From a virus (Duplodnaviria > Caudoviricetes): 51,909 nucleotides of DNA. Location of the stretch: positions 1-51,909 of IMG/VR virus record IMGVR_UViG_3300025965_000001. One strand, given 5' to 3'. Made by a program: the position numbers and the translations under genes. Below, one piece after another: positions 1-9,304 of this stretch (position 1 is the first letter of the stretch; every line of letters begins with the position of its first letter). The notes under the pieces were generated by a model. That model was not told the DNA's origin, made no database searches, and saw nothing but the letters and a program-made list of their open reading frames with translations.

Positions 1-99
1 ATGCAAAGCAATCCGGTTGTGAAAGTTCTCTGGAACTCAGCTTCTAACAAAGTGTGTATCTATCAGGAGCAGACAAACGCAAGCCTGCTATTCGCTACC
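1..99. repeat. Terminal overlap, copy 1 (identical to 51811-51909); marks a circular assembly
   Basis: 99-nt exact match between the two ends; it falls inside a continuous ORF. Confidence 0.97.
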
Positions 100-3042
100 G
101 CCGGTGATGATGACACGGCAATCTATCAAGACAGTTCTATAGTGATGGACTGGCGGAACTCCTCGACGCCGGGGGCCGATGCGAATACCTACAGATGGGT
201 AATCAACGGGCATGATACGCCAGCGCTGCTCGACGGCAATTACCCTGCTGGTGCCTTCAGCTCAACGGTAGATCTTGCCAATGTGACGCGGGATAGATCC
301 TATGCCGCTGGTGTCCTAAAGATCATGCTCTGCGGCACGGCACCATCAGCGATAGTTGCGGGCAGCGCCACATTGACTAACTACAGCTCCATTGAAAACG
401 TGAGCGGCAAGGTAAATACAAAGCGAGCGGCTGGAACCGGCTTTGTCTCAAATCCGCTGATCAATTATTCTGAATCATTACTCACTCTCTGGTCTGCAAC
501 CCAAGCAAATCCTCCGCCCGATACGACAGCGCCAACGATCGGAGCACCAACGCTTTTAGTGAACGGCAGCAACTCTCAAACATGGGCGTTCACTTGCATC
601 GATGCCGGAAGCGGGTGCCAAACGGCGCGGCTCGAATACGATACCAATAGTGGCGTCCCCTACGCTCTCACGGCTACCGCAACACTTACGGGCGCAACGC
701 CTAATTACTCCGCAACCGTGGCGCTTAGCGGATTGACGGCAGGAGCTAGTTATTTTGTGCGCGGCTGCGCTACCGATACGGCGGGGAACTCGGCTTGTGG
801 GGCTGAGGCGAATGCGACAACGACTTCTCCGAGTGGCGGAATTTACTACACAGATTTAAACTGCGGAAACGTGTCTACGTACAATCCAGGTACGCGTTCG
901 TGCACGACTGGAAACACTACATCGAGGACGACGATCAGCGATGGGTTGCTCCTTCTATCTACTCCCGGAGATACGTTGTATATCCGGGCCGGGACGTACA
1001 CGGAGCTGTTGAGTTTTCCCAATATATCTGGGACTGGCGGTTCACCGTTTACAGTTGCCGGTTATCCGACAGATGCCCGCCCATTGATCAATGCACCGTC
1101 GAATCAACCTAACGATACGTCAATAATAACTTTCCCGTGGCGTTCATCCAGGATTTCTTATCATGCTGTGATTAGATATTTAAAATTGGACGCTATCAAC
1201 GGCAATACAAATTCCGGTTCGTGCATGCTGCTGTTTGGACCGAATGTCACTGTGGAAGATGTCATCATGCAGAACTGCCAGCGCGACGCCATTCAGGCGT
1301 TCTCGCAGTATCTTACAATCAGAAATAGTCAGATCCTTAACTGCGGACGAATACAGCCCCCGGTAGATTTCAATTCAAAAGGCCAGGGGATTTATATTGC
1401 ACCAGATACAGGTTGGGACATTGCGAACGCTATTGGCGGCGACGTGCTTTTCGAGAATAACATTATTGATGGATGTAGAGCTGGTGGGCCTGCTATCCAC
1501 TACGACAAGGCTGATCGTAATATCATCCGGAACAACATCATCAAAAACTTCGGGACTAGCTCGCCATGGCCCGCGCCGACCGACCCCGGATTCCAAAGCT
1601 ACGGGGCGGGGGTTGACATCGGCGGTAGGGGTACATACGGGAACACCGGACCAAAGGACAATCAGGTTTATAATAACATTATTAGTCATGGGTCGGGAAC
1701 GGATGGAAGCAGCCCATTTGCGCAGTGTTTTCAGTTGTGGGGCACTGGCACCGGCAACGATATCTATAACAACACCTGCTATGCAATGGACGATGGTGCG
1801 GTCTATCTTTGCAACTCCACAAATACGGTAAATGTTCGTAATAATATTTTTTCCTCAATCGCGACCCCGCTCTTTAATTGTTCCGGTAGCGGTGCGAATG
1901 CTGGTGCCTATGACCACAATTTAGAAAACCCCAACGTCAACAACACTTTCGTTAATGCCCCCGGTGGGGATTTCCATCTTCTATCCGGTTCCCCTGCCAT
2001 CAATGTTGGTGTCAACACATCCTGTTCTCCAACAGACATCGCTGGCACACCCCGGCCACAGGGTGTTAATTGCGACATTGGCGCCTATGAATTTTCCAGC
2101 GCGGGAGTCGCGACTATTTCTATAAGCGGAACGGTGGCACCGACTGTATTTCTGTCTCTACCCAACACGGCGATAACTACTGCCGGCACGACCGGATTTA
2201 GCGGTCTAAGTTCATGTTCGACTTCTGGGACAAGCGTAACCTGGGCCAATAATCGCGGCGGGAGCGGAACAGCCGTCGGCGGAGTGGGAACGGGCCAACA
2301 AGGTTGGACGGCTAATCCTATTGCCCTAACTGCGGATCGAGTCAATCAGATTACCTTTACCATTCATTGCACAGGCGGCACTACATCTTCTGCATCCGTG
2401 AACGTGCGCGCCAACGGCGCAAATCGAGCAGTGGCGCAATTTGGGTTTAATGAGAATGCTGGGGTAACGGCGGCGGATTCGAGCGGCCTTGGGAATGCCG
2501 CTACCTTCAGCGGCGCAGGGGTCACATGGGCGGCCGGTAAATATGGAGCATCGGCTATACATACGGATGGAACAGATTCGGCAATAGTATCAGACACCGA
2601 TCCGCTCGACTTATCCACTTTTACCCTTGAAACCTGGGTCAACCCCGATTCCCTTTTGACTGATTTCCGGGCATTGCTAGTCAAAAATTATATTTATTTC
2701 CTCTATGCAACGGTGCCTTATTATTGCGGTGCCGGTACAACACTTGGCGGTTTTACCGATGGAACATCAAATTACACAGCCTGCTCCTCTGTCCTCCCCG
2801 CCTCTACATGGTCCCATATAGCGGTAACTTACGACGGGGCAAATGTGATATTCTATCTGAACGGTGTCGAGGTTAATCGGACACCGGCGTCGGTATTACC
2901 GCTGGAGACATCCGGCACTTTGCAGATTGGTGGAAGTCAATTTGGTGAGGGATTCACCGGTGTCATCGACGAGCTACAGATATTCAACGGTGCGCGCACG
3001 CAGGCACAGATCCAGCTCGACATGATCACGCCGCTACCATGA
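1..3042 (+). CDS. C-terminal 1013 aa of a ~1261-aa secreted multidomain protein starting at 51067 (FN3/Ig-like, right-handed beta-helix, C-terminal LamG/ConA-like domain)
   Basis: In frame with GTG at 51067 across the junction. [20 protein letters not shown] beta-helix repeats, [12 protein letters not shown]...DIGAYEF, and LamG motifs [31 protein letters not shown]. Confidence 0.85.
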   Translation: MQSNPVVKVLWNSASNKVCIYQEQTNASLLFATAGDDDTAIYQDSSIVMDWRNSSTPGADANTYRWVINGHDTPALLDGNYPAGAFSSTVDLANVTRDRSYAAGVLKIMLCGTAPSAIVAGSATLTNYSSIENVSGKVNTKRAAGTGFVSNPLINYSESLLTLWSATQANPPPDTTAPTIGAPTLLVNGSNSQTWAFTCIDAGSGCQTARLEYDTNSGVPYALTATATLTGATPNYSATVALSGLTAGASYFVRGCATDTAGNSACGAEANATTTSPSGGIYYTDLNCGNVSTYNPGTRSCTTGNTTSRTTISDGLLLLSTPGDTLYIRAGTYTELLSFPNISGTGGSPFTVAGYPTDARPLINAPSNQPNDTSIITFPWRSSRISYHAVIRYLKLDAINGNTNSGSCMLLFGPNVTVEDVIMQNCQRDAIQAFSQYLTIRNSQILNCGRIQPPVDFNSKGQGIYIAPDTGWDIANAIGGDVLFENNIIDGCRAGGPAIHYDKADRNIIRNNIIKNFGTSSPWPAPTDPGFQSYGAGVDIGGRGTYGNTGPKDNQVYNNIISHGSGTDGSSPFAQCFQLWGTGTGNDIYNNTCYAMDDGAVYLCNSTNTVNVRNNIFSSIATPLFNCSGSGANAGAYDHNLENPNVNNTFVNAPGGDFHLLSGSPAINVGVNTSCSPTDIAGTPRPQGVNCDIGAYEFSSAGVATISISGTVAPTVFLSLPNTAITTAGTTGFSGLSSCSTSGTSVTWANNRGGSGTAVGGVGTGQQGWTANPIALTADRVNQITFTIHCTGGTTSSASVNVRANGANRAVAQFGFNENAGVTAADSSGLGNAATFSGAGVTWAAGKYGASAIHTDGTDSAIVSDTDPLDLSTFTLETWVNPDSLLTDFRALLVKNYIYFLYATVPYYCGAGTTLGGFTDGTSNYTACSSVLPASTWSHIAVTYDGANVIFYLNGVEVNRTPASVLPLETSGTLQIGGSQFGEGFTGVIDELQIFNGARTQAQIQLDMITPLP

Positions 3043-3299
3043 ACGATCATCCTTGGTGGTTAGATTGGTTGCCGCTTATAAACTCGCTGTTGATTCCTAT
3101 CGGGCTAATAGCAATAAGCGGATTAAAGAAAATACGCGAGATTGACCTGCATGAGATTGCAGGGAAGTTTGACGGCTTGATTACTGAAATCAAAGAGACT
3201 CGACAACGAATAGAAAGTTTGGAACACCGTTTAGCGCGAGTTGAGGGAATCATCATGCGAGCTACTCAATCCATAACTAAGGCCCATGATGATGGATAG
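3039..3299 (+). CDS. Small membrane protein with coiled-coil tail (holin-like)
   Basis: N-terminal TM segment then [13 protein letters not shown]; ATGA overlap with upstream gene; first gene of the lysis-like cluster. Confidence 0.55.
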   Translation: MNDHPWWLDWLPLINSLLIPIGLIAISGLKKIREIDLHEIAGKFDGLITEIKETRQRIESLEHRLARVEGIIMRATQSITKAHDDG

Positions 3300-3594
3300 C
3301 TTCATGGCAATGTCGGCACACCCAAATTACAGTAAGCCAATGTTCTTTGTCGTAGCCGAGATGATGATGAGCATCTACTTTGCGAGCATGGCCGCAATTA
3401 CAGCAATGGCTTGGTTTGACCATTGTTCCTTTGCGCAATTCATCTTGAACAGCTTGCCAGGCGCGTCGCTTTTCTTTATTGCGGTGGTAGTAGTTGCGAT
3501 GAATCTCCCTGACTCTTTCAGGATGTCTTGCACGAAATCTGTCCATGGCGCGGCGACAAGATGCTCTCTTTTTATCAATGTCTTTATAGGGCAT
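3277..3594 (-). CDS. HNH-like zinc-binding endonuclease (105 aa), antisense to the lysis cluster
   Basis: MPYKDIDKK...KPSHCCNCGH...DAHHHLGYDKEHWLTVIWVCRHCH, a typical small phage HNH pattern; own promoter upstream. Confidence 0.75.
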   Translation of the reverse strand: MPYKDIDKKRASCRRAMDRFRARHPERVREIHRNYYHRNKEKRRAWQAVQDELRKGTMVKPSHCCNCGHARKVDAHHHLGYDKEHWLTVIWVCRHCHEAIHHHGP

Positions 3595-3599
3595 AATCC

Positions 3600-3628
3600 A
3601 AACTACCAGGGGATAATCGAAAAAGCAA
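3600..3628 (-). promoter_or_regulatory. Putative sigma70 promoter (leaderless) for the antisense HNH gene
   Basis: Minus strand: TTGCTT-N17-TAGTTT with extended TG, 5 nt before ATG at 3594. Confidence 0.5.
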
Positions 3629-3659
3629 TGAAGGCGGCGGGCATCCATAAGGGGGATTC

Positions 3660-3887
3660 TTGAAGATTGATTTAGAGAACTACCGCACAAGCGTATCCGG
3701 TTTGATGTTGGCAATCGGCATGGCCATTGCCACTGTTCCCGGTGTGCCGGAGAAATATCATTGGATTGGTGGTATACTGGCTGCGGTCGGATCGGCTGGG
3801 CTCGGGCTGTCGGCCAAGGATGCCAAGACGCACTCAACTCTTGAGCAGGTAGAAAAGGCGACGAAAGAAAAGGAGGAAACTAAATAA
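3660..3887 (+). CDS. Putative holin (two TM segments, charged C-terminus)
   Basis: NYRTSVSGLMLAIG...GILAAVGSAGLGLSAKDA pattern; GGGGG RBS; cluster context. Confidence 0.65.
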   Translation: MKIDLENYRTSVSGLMLAIGMAIATVPGVPEKYHWIGGILAAVGSAGLGLSAKDAKTHSTLEQVEKATKEKEETK

Positions 3888-4072
3888 TGCAGATACCGAT
3901 TTGGTCTTTAGTTGTCGCATTGATTTTAGTTTCGCTTGCCCTATGGGTAAACGAAACCCTATGTAGAGACGAGATGGTTAAAAAGGTTGTGCGTGTCGTT
4001 ATCGTGGTGATGTTCGTGCTTTGGGTTGTTGGATTAGTGACCGGGGTAGGCCCGACGATTAGTTTCAGGTGA
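3887..4072 (+). CDS. Small two-TM membrane protein
   Basis: Two hydrophobic helices; AGGAGG RBS; TAATG coupling. Confidence 0.65.
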   Translation: MQIPIWSLVVALILVSLALWVNETLCRDEMVKKVVRVVIVVMFVLWVVGLVTGVGPTISFR

Positions 4073-4076
4073 TTCC

Positions 4077-4373
4077 ATGAAGCATCTACTTATTCTCACG
4101 GTGTTTCTTAGCGGCTGCGCCAACATGTTCTCAGCTAGCACAAAAATCACCTACACTGGCACCGATGGTAAGCAGGTAATGTATGAGAGCTACAAGGTGT
4201 ATGAGGGGCTAGACGTAAGTTTCGAGGAAGTGGCGGGCAAGCCAACGGCTGTAAAAATTCACATAGACAAGGCCACGACAGCCGAGGAAGCAATCAAGGC
4301 GGCTATACAAGCAAACATGGGACTGCAGGATCTAATAAAGCAGCTCGTTGCTGCAGGAATGGGGCCGAAATGA
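4077..4373 (+). CDS. Lipoprotein (possible spanin component)
   Basis: MKHLLILTVFLSG/C lipobox; position in lysis-like cluster. Confidence 0.65.
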   Translation: MKHLLILTVFLSGCANMFSASTKITYTGTDGKQVMYESYKVYEGLDVSFEEVAGKPTAVKIHIDKATTAEEAIKAAIQANMGLQDLIKQLVAAGMGPK

Positions 4374-4726
4374 AATATCTATTAGCATACATATTAGCTC
4401 TGATTGTTTTGTTGTTGTTTTCTCCGGGCTGGGCAAGTGATCGTTTGCTCACCTGGGACGGGCAGCCAGGGGCGGCATCCTATGAGATTCAACAGAGCGT
4501 TGATTACGGCAAAACCTGGACGGTGCTCTCTACGCCGGCCGCAAGCGTCTGCACCGGCACGCCGCTCAAGTGCTCACTCATTCAAAGTTTGCCGGTATCC
4601 GGGGTAATTATGCTCCGCTTTGGAGCACGAAACGCCAACGGACTCACTGTTCGTTTTGATGATGGTGCTTGGCACTGTGAGTCATGCGCTCCTCCGGGCA
4701 CGATTACTAATTCGGGGATTCAATAA
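4370..4726 (+). CDS. Secreted FN3-like single-domain protein
   Basis: Signal peptide ending PGWA/S; LTWD..GAASYEIQQS; four Cys. Confidence 0.65.
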   Translation: MKYLLAYILALIVLLLFSPGWASDRLLTWDGQPGAASYEIQQSVDYGKTWTVLSTPAASVCTGTPLKCSLIQSLPVSGVIMLRFGARNANGLTVRFDDGAWHCESCAPPGTITNSGIQ

Positions 4727-4864
4727 ATGGCATACTTTCAACCAGTACCTTGGCCCAAGTTAGAAGAAGATTATTTCTACTGGTTTCATTACTTGTGTGA
4801 ACGGCACCGGGGGCTAGAGTACGGGTACTGGTACTGGCAATGGCTCAACAATGACTGTCCGTGA
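4727..4864 (+). CDS. Small aromatic-rich hypothetical protein (45 aa)
   Basis: Own translation MAYFQPVPWPKLEEDYFYWF...; starts directly after the previous stop. Confidence 0.4.
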   Translation: MAYFQPVPWPKLEEDYFYWFHYLCERHRGLEYGYWYWQWLNNDCP

Positions 4865-5018
4865 CCTCATCGCCCATCTAGAAAACCTCGGCAACCTCGA
4901 CGCCGAAGTCAAGATTGTCTGCCATATCAAGCCAACGGAAGTAAGCTCCATTCAGTTGTTTGGTGAGACGGTGTTGATTGAAATTCTGGGAGAACTCAGC
5001 CCGCCGCTAGTAAAATAG
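4851..5018 (+). CDS. Small phage hypothetical protein (55 aa)
   Basis: Own translation MTVRDLIAHLENLGNLDAEV..., a common phage small-protein N-terminus. Confidence 0.55.
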   Translation: MTVRDLIAHLENLGNLDAEVKIVCHIKPTEVSSIQLFGETVLIEILGELSPPLVK

Positions 5019-5021
5019 TAC

Positions 5022-5050
5022 TTGACAAATCATATTACATGATGTACTAA
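5022..5050 (+). promoter_or_regulatory. Putative early sigma70 promoter with overlapping palindrome
   Basis: TTGACA(5022)-N17-TACTAA; palindrome TACAT-G-ATGTA in the spacer; ATG 7 nt downstream. Confidence 0.6.
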
Positions 5051-5057
5051 TACATCC

Positions 5058-5204
5058 ATGAGAGACAAATTCAGGCTCATGGTTGTTCAATGCTACAGGT
5101 GCGGGTATGCGTTCATACCTCGCGTAGTTGCCCCCAAGAAATGCCCTAACCCGAAGTGTCAGACGCCTTATCCTCTGAAGCGGCGAGAACTGAGGGGCAA
5201 GTGA
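5058..5204 (+). CDS. Zinc-ribbon small protein (48 aa), possible regulator
   Basis: Own translation MRDKFRLMVVQCYRCGYAFIPRVVAPKKCPNPKCQTPY...; CxxC...CxxxxC. Confidence 0.7.
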   Translation: MRDKFRLMVVQCYRCGYAFIPRVVAPKKCPNPKCQTPYPLKRRELRGK

Positions 5205-5368
5205 AGCGCAAGCCTGACAAAGAGGACGCTGACGAAACAATGGTGCGGATATTTCTCCGTGTCATGGAGAGAGTGAGACTAGCGGAGATCGGGCGGGACA
5301 AGAAAGCGATACTCCACCACTTTATCAACTGCAAAACGTGTCAGGAATGCTTCAAGAGAGCAGCGTAA
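5201..5368 (+). CDS. Hypothetical Cys-containing protein
   Basis: GTGA overlap start with GAGGGG RBS; C-terminal CxxCxxC. Confidence 0.5.
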   Translation: MKRKPDKEDADETMVRIFLRVMERVRLAEIGRDKKAILHHFINCKTCQECFKRAA

Positions 5369-5485
5369 ATGGAAGAGCTATTCATGTGGCTTTATAGCTT
5401 GCTGGCTCTTGGCGGTGCAATGTTGATAGCGCTAGCAGCAAGCTATGTCGTTTTGAAATGTCTAGGTAAATGGAGGGGTTTATGA
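5369..5485 (+). CDS. Small single-TM protein (38 aa)
   Basis: Own translation MEELFMWLYSLLALGGAMLIALAASYVVLK...; abuts genes on both sides. Confidence 0.45.
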   Translation: MEELFMWLYSLLALGGAMLIALAASYVVLKCLGKWRGL

Positions 5486-5721
5486 ATTGGGAGAGCTTCC
5501 GAAGCAAGCGCGAGATAGACATTGACAATGCGCTACAGGACCACCTCGATTGGATGTGCGACGAGGAGAGGTGTCCATGGTGCAAGCAGGAGAGAGAAGA
5601 AAGAGAACTCTACGAGCGCAAGAGTAAAAAGCTAGACGCTATGAACGCGCTATTTGACAATGGCGGGGATAAATTACTCAAGGCGTTTGATTGGGCGCTA
5701 GAGCAGATAAGGAACAAATGA
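5482..5721 (+). CDS. Hypothetical protein
   Basis: GGAGGGG RBS before ATG 5482; HxxxxC...CPWC. Confidence 0.55.
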   Translation: MNWESFRSKREIDIDNALQDHLDWMCDEERCPWCKQEREERELYERKSKKLDAMNALFDNGGDKLLKAFDWALEQIRNK

Positions 5722-6117
5722 AACGACGCAAGGGAATCACCTACTACAGCGAGGAATGGCCGGGGAGTCATAGCAACTATGAGTGGTCAGTGCGGTTTGA
5801 TATTACCGATGGAATTCTCGGCATTACCCAAATGCACATGGAGCCGCTGAGCAAAGACGAGCAACCGCTCGAACGTGTGTTGTTTAAACCAACGGCAAGT
5901 GCTGGAATTATTGAGGTTTGTCGGGCGCCCGGCGGCTACCCCTCGGAACAGCAGGCCGCTAAACTCAGCATTGCCGAGGGCTAGGAGAAGGGCGGGCTTG
6001 CGGCGCGGATATTACCGCGACCATACGGAAAGGCTATCCTTCTGCTCGCTAGGTGCTGTAAAATTGCACGAGAAGAGAGAAGGTACCCGCCCGCGCCGCA
6101 AGAAAAAACTAGTATGA
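5718..6117 (+). CDS. Hypothetical protein, possibly frameshifted near 5883-5889
   Basis: ATGA start at 5718; frame 0 stops at 5984, while the +1 frame runs on to an ATGA overlap with the next gene. Confidence 0.4.
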
Positions 6118-6464
6118 TATTCACTGCGCCGGCCATACTTACGAGGATGTCCTGCCTCAAGGATGGCAGCATGTCAATTGGCTTTGCCACCCAGGAGCTT
6201 AGCCTTGAGGATAAGGTCAAGGCGATGGAGTTTTATGGCAAGTATGGACGCCTGGCATTCAAGGAGACTGAGATTGAGCCGGAGGAGATCCCCAGCTGCG
6301 AGCCGGATGACCACCAGAAGACACCGAGCCAGCGGCTACGGGCGGTGCTGTTCCTGCTATGGAAACAGACCTGTAGCCACACGTCGGTAGAGTTTGACGA
6401 CTTCTACAGGAAAGAGATGGAGCGGATTATTACACTGAAGAAAGGACTTTTGGAGGATATATGA
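6114..6464 (+). CDS. Conserved phage hypothetical protein
   Basis: KTPSQRLRAVLF...FDDFYRKEMERII pattern seen in phage early regions. Confidence 0.65.
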   Translation: MIFTAPAILTRMSCLKDGSMSIGFATQELSLEDKVKAMEFYGKYGRLAFKETEIEPEEIPSCEPDDHQKTPSQRLRAVLFLLWKQTCSHTSVEFDDFYRKEMERIITLKKGLLEDI

Positions 6465-6973
6465 GACAAGACCTAACAATCGAGGAAGTATTCAAGGACA
6501 GACTTTTCGGGGAAGACCGTATCTGGACAGTGCGGGCCAACGGCAAGCGCTACGGGCTGTACCAGGACAAGCGGCCCAATGTAGGTGACTACATACCCTG
6601 CGACGTGGTGGAACGAAAAGATACCTACCAGGGCAGGCCGGTGGTGTATCGGGATGCCCGGCCGTTAATAGAGCATGTAAGGAAGGCTGAAGCTCAGGAG
6701 CAGGCAGCGCGGGGGGCTAACCCTTACCAACCGGAGAAACATAGCCTAGCGGCCTTCCTGCAAGCTGTGCCGGCCATTTTGAGCGTGCTTCCCAACTGGC
6801 AAAACGATGTGCAGCACGCTAGGGCCTATGTAACCTTTATTGACACTTGTTTGATGTGCTACGAGCGGGGCATGCCGCTTGGAGACTTGGCGGGGTTGCC
6901 GTCCAAGGAGGTACTGGACGCCTATGCCGAGGCCAACGGCAAGGATTGGGGGGATGTTCCCAATGAAAATTAA
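6461..6973 (+). CDS. Hypothetical protein (possible OB-fold ssDNA binding)
   Basis: GGAGG RBS; beta-rich N-terminus, acidic C-tail; recombination-region context. Confidence 0.5.
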   Translation: MRQDLTIEEVFKDRLFGEDRIWTVRANGKRYGLYQDKRPNVGDYIPCDVVERKDTYQGRPVVYRDARPLIEHVRKAEAQEQAARGANPYQPEKHSLAAFLQAVPAILSVLPNWQNDVQHARAYVTFIDTCLMCYERGMPLGDLAGLPSKEVLDAYAEANGKDWGDVPNEN

Positions 6974-7937
6974 AATTAGACAGTTAGACTGGAATCCTTT
7001 TCGTAATATCAAAGAGTATCCAATTAACAAGGAAAAAGTAAATGGATTGGTGAAATCTATAAAACAAACTTCTTTTTGGGATAATATCCTAGCTAGAGAA
7101 TCACCAATAAATCCAAAGCACTATGAGATTGCTTATGGACATCATCGGCTTGTGGCATTGCATAAAGTTTATGGCAAAGACTCGCGCCATGAAGTTGATA
7201 TTCCTGTGCGCGATCTAGACGATGCGACCATGCTCAAGATCATGGCCAATGAGAATGCTGCTGCCTGGACAATGGATACGGCGGTTGTGATGGAGACGAT
7301 AAAGGCGACGGAGAAATTTCTCTCCGGAGAGAAAAAGTACGGCCAGGGGCCAACTGCTATTAAGATCGTAGAATTTCTCGGTGGAGTATTTAGCCTAAAA
7401 ATGGTGGAAGAAGCTCTTGCCTTAATCCATGCCACGGATGCAAAGGAAGTCGATACTAAAGCTGTCAAAACAATCGACCAACCAAGTAAGGCTAGTGAGT
7501 TTGCGCGCGCCATTAAAAACCTATCAGAAGACAAGAAGCCTACGCCAGAAAAACAACTAGAGATAGCTGAGAAGATTGTTGAAAAAGAAATTCCCAAGAG
7601 GGGGATAAAACAATTCGTTGAATGGGAAATGGGGGTATATGGCGACGTTAAGCCCATCAAGCCTCTTCCTGATATTTCTCAATTTGCTTGGGAACATCGC
7701 GCCGAGATCGAACGGCTTACTAAGAAAATAGACGCTCTTGCGGATGAACGGGAGTCAATTCCTAATACGTTAGAGTGGAAAAGTTTCCGTGCTGCCTGCG
7801 CTTTATTATTAACTGCACTTAACCGGCTCTTCGGAAATGAAGAGGCCGTTGCTATGAAAGGAGAAAAATCTCATGGCAAGAAAAAAGAAAGACGAGCCGT
7901 CGAACAAAGACAAGCTCGTGCGTTACTTACTGAGTAA
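6963..7937 (+). CDS. ParB/Srx N-terminal domain protein
   Basis: NPFRN...LVKSIKQT...YEIAYGHHRLVAL...IMANEN ParB-NTD motifs; GGGGGA upstream of ATG 6963. Confidence 0.8.
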   Translation: MKIKIRQLDWNPFRNIKEYPINKEKVNGLVKSIKQTSFWDNILARESPINPKHYEIAYGHHRLVALHKVYGKDSRHEVDIPVRDLDDATMLKIMANENAAAWTMDTAVVMETIKATEKFLSGEKKYGQGPTAIKIVEFLGGVFSLKMVEEALALIHATDAKEVDTKAVKTIDQPSKASEFARAIKNLSEDKKPTPEKQLEIAEKIVEKEIPKRGIKQFVEWEMGVYGDVKPIKPLPDISQFAWEHRAEIERLTKKIDALADERESIPNTLEWKSFRAACALLLTALNRLFGNEEAVAMKGEKSHGKKKERRAVEQRQARALLTE

Positions 7938-8295
7938 CGAAAATATGGAATGGACCCTTGAAGATATGGCAGAGCATTTATTCAATACTGCTACGCCAGG
8001 GACCATTAAAATGGCTTCCGGCGTTTTCACGGGTGCCAGACGTGTGCTTTTGGATAATCACGACCATCTGATTATTCCAAAGAAGTATCTGGGCCGCAAG
8101 GCAATTAGTTGGCGCTTTGCTAGGGCCGATGACGCAGAAGATAAGGCAGTTGTTTATAATGCTATGGTACGTAAAGAGCACACTGCTCTAGGGTGGGAAA
8201 AGTCTTTTCAGAAGTCTCTAGCATTAGCTGAAAGAACTAATCTCATTTCCTCGGACCAAGCGCGTCAAATTAGAGATAGTCACGTAGGCGCTTAG
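7873..8295 (+). CDS. Hypothetical protein, possible winged HTH, partner of the ParB-like gene
   Basis: AAGGAG RBS; WTLEDMAEHLF helix pattern. Confidence 0.55.
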   Translation: MARKKKDEPSNKDKLVRYLLSNENMEWTLEDMAEHLFNTATPGTIKMASGVFTGARRVLLDNHDHLIIPKKYLGRKAISWRFARADDAEDKAVVYNAMVRKEHTALGWEKSFQKSLALAERTNLISSDQARQIRDSHVGA

Positions 8296-8336
8296 TTTTC
8301 TAAGCGCAGGCAGCACGGAAAAAAAAGGTGTGAAAC

Positions 8337-9047
8337 ATGCCAACCGACAATAACCGAGTAGTCTATACCAACGCCGCGGGCAAGAGAGTGCCGCGCAACA
8401 CGTCAATCCTTAATAATCTAGGCTGGAAGTCACCGGGTTTGGTCGGCTGGATGCGCAAGTCCTTGATCTCTCAAATGTGCCCGGCTTGTGTGTTTAAGCT
8501 AGTGGATCCTTACAAGCTCCGGGACGCCGCGGCGGATGCCGGGACGCTGGCGCACAGCATGATTGAGGCGTGTATCAAGAAGCAGCCGCAGCCCGATATA
8601 AGCAAGGTAGAGACGGATACGCTCAAAAAGGCTTGTCAGGCTTATGATAACTACCTTGAGTGGGCAAATCAGATGAAGGTAGAGCTTGTCACAATGGAGG
8701 TGCCCTTGGTATCCGAGCGGTGGCAGGCCGGGACCACTTGTGACGTGATTGCCCTGGTTGCCGGCAAGCTCTCTATTGTCGAGATAAAGACTAGCAACGA
8801 TGTGTACGCAGAAATGCTTGTCCAGTGCGCGTTTCAGGTGGAGGCATGGAATGAGGTTCATCCGTGGCATAGTCCTACTTCTGTCGGCCAACCAATCCAG
8901 GCCGTCCACTTACTGAAGCTCGGCAAGGAAGAGGCGACATTCTCCCACCACTTTTTCGCGCCCGAGGTGTTAGCGCCGGCGTTTGAGGCGTGGAAGTGTG
9001 CCAGGCAGCTAGAGGATTGCAAGAAGCAGTTGGAGAAGCTGATATAA
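8337..9047 (+). CDS. PD-(D/E)XK exonuclease (phage recombination type)
   Basis: GTLAHSMIE, E...AGTTCD...IVEIKTS, QCAFQ motifs. Confidence 0.8.
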   Translation: MPTDNNRVVYTNAAGKRVPRNTSILNNLGWKSPGLVGWMRKSLISQMCPACVFKLVDPYKLRDAAADAGTLAHSMIEACIKKQPQPDISKVETDTLKKACQAYDNYLEWANQMKVELVTMEVPLVSERWQAGTTCDVIALVAGKLSIVEIKTSNDVYAEMLVQCAFQVEAWNEVHPWHSPTSVGQPIQAVHLLKLGKEEATFSHHFFAPEVLAPAFEAWKCARQLEDCKKQLEKLI

Positions 9048-9091
9048 GTGGTGATTTATAGTGAGTCTAGTCGAACTAGGGAAATCGAACC

Positions 9092-9304
9092 ATGACAGAC
9101 AAAGAGGTTGGCGAGCTGTGGACGAAGCACAAGTTGCCCGTCGTTGAGCAACTGATCCGAAAGCTGGTTGAGGAGCGGGCTAATTCAAAATGCGAAGATA
9201 GTTACCCATGTAACAAAAGCCACACGCCGTTCTGTTATCGTAGGACTTTTCATCTACGCGAGGCACTCTATGACTTTGGCATTGACCCGGAGACATGGAC
9301 ATGA
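9092..9304 (+). CDS. Hypothetical protein
   Basis: ORF in operon with AGGGA RBS. Confidence 0.5.
   Translation: MTDKEVGELWTKHKLPVVEQLIRKLVEERANSKCEDSYPCNKSHTPFCYRRTFHLREALYDFGIDPETWT

Noticed and set aside
3286-3663. Plus-strand 125-aa hydrophobic ORF as a holin
   Set aside because: It is mostly the antisense shadow of a motif-bearing HNH gene that has its own promoter.
5883-5889. TTTAAAC as a programmed -1 frameshift site
   Set aside because: The upstream gene reads TTT AAA C, so joining the frames needs +1, not the canonical -1 shift.
8337-9047. Cas4 / CRISPR system
   Set aside because: Generic PD-(D/E)XK exonuclease without the Cas4 C-terminal Cys cluster; no repeat-spacer array seen.
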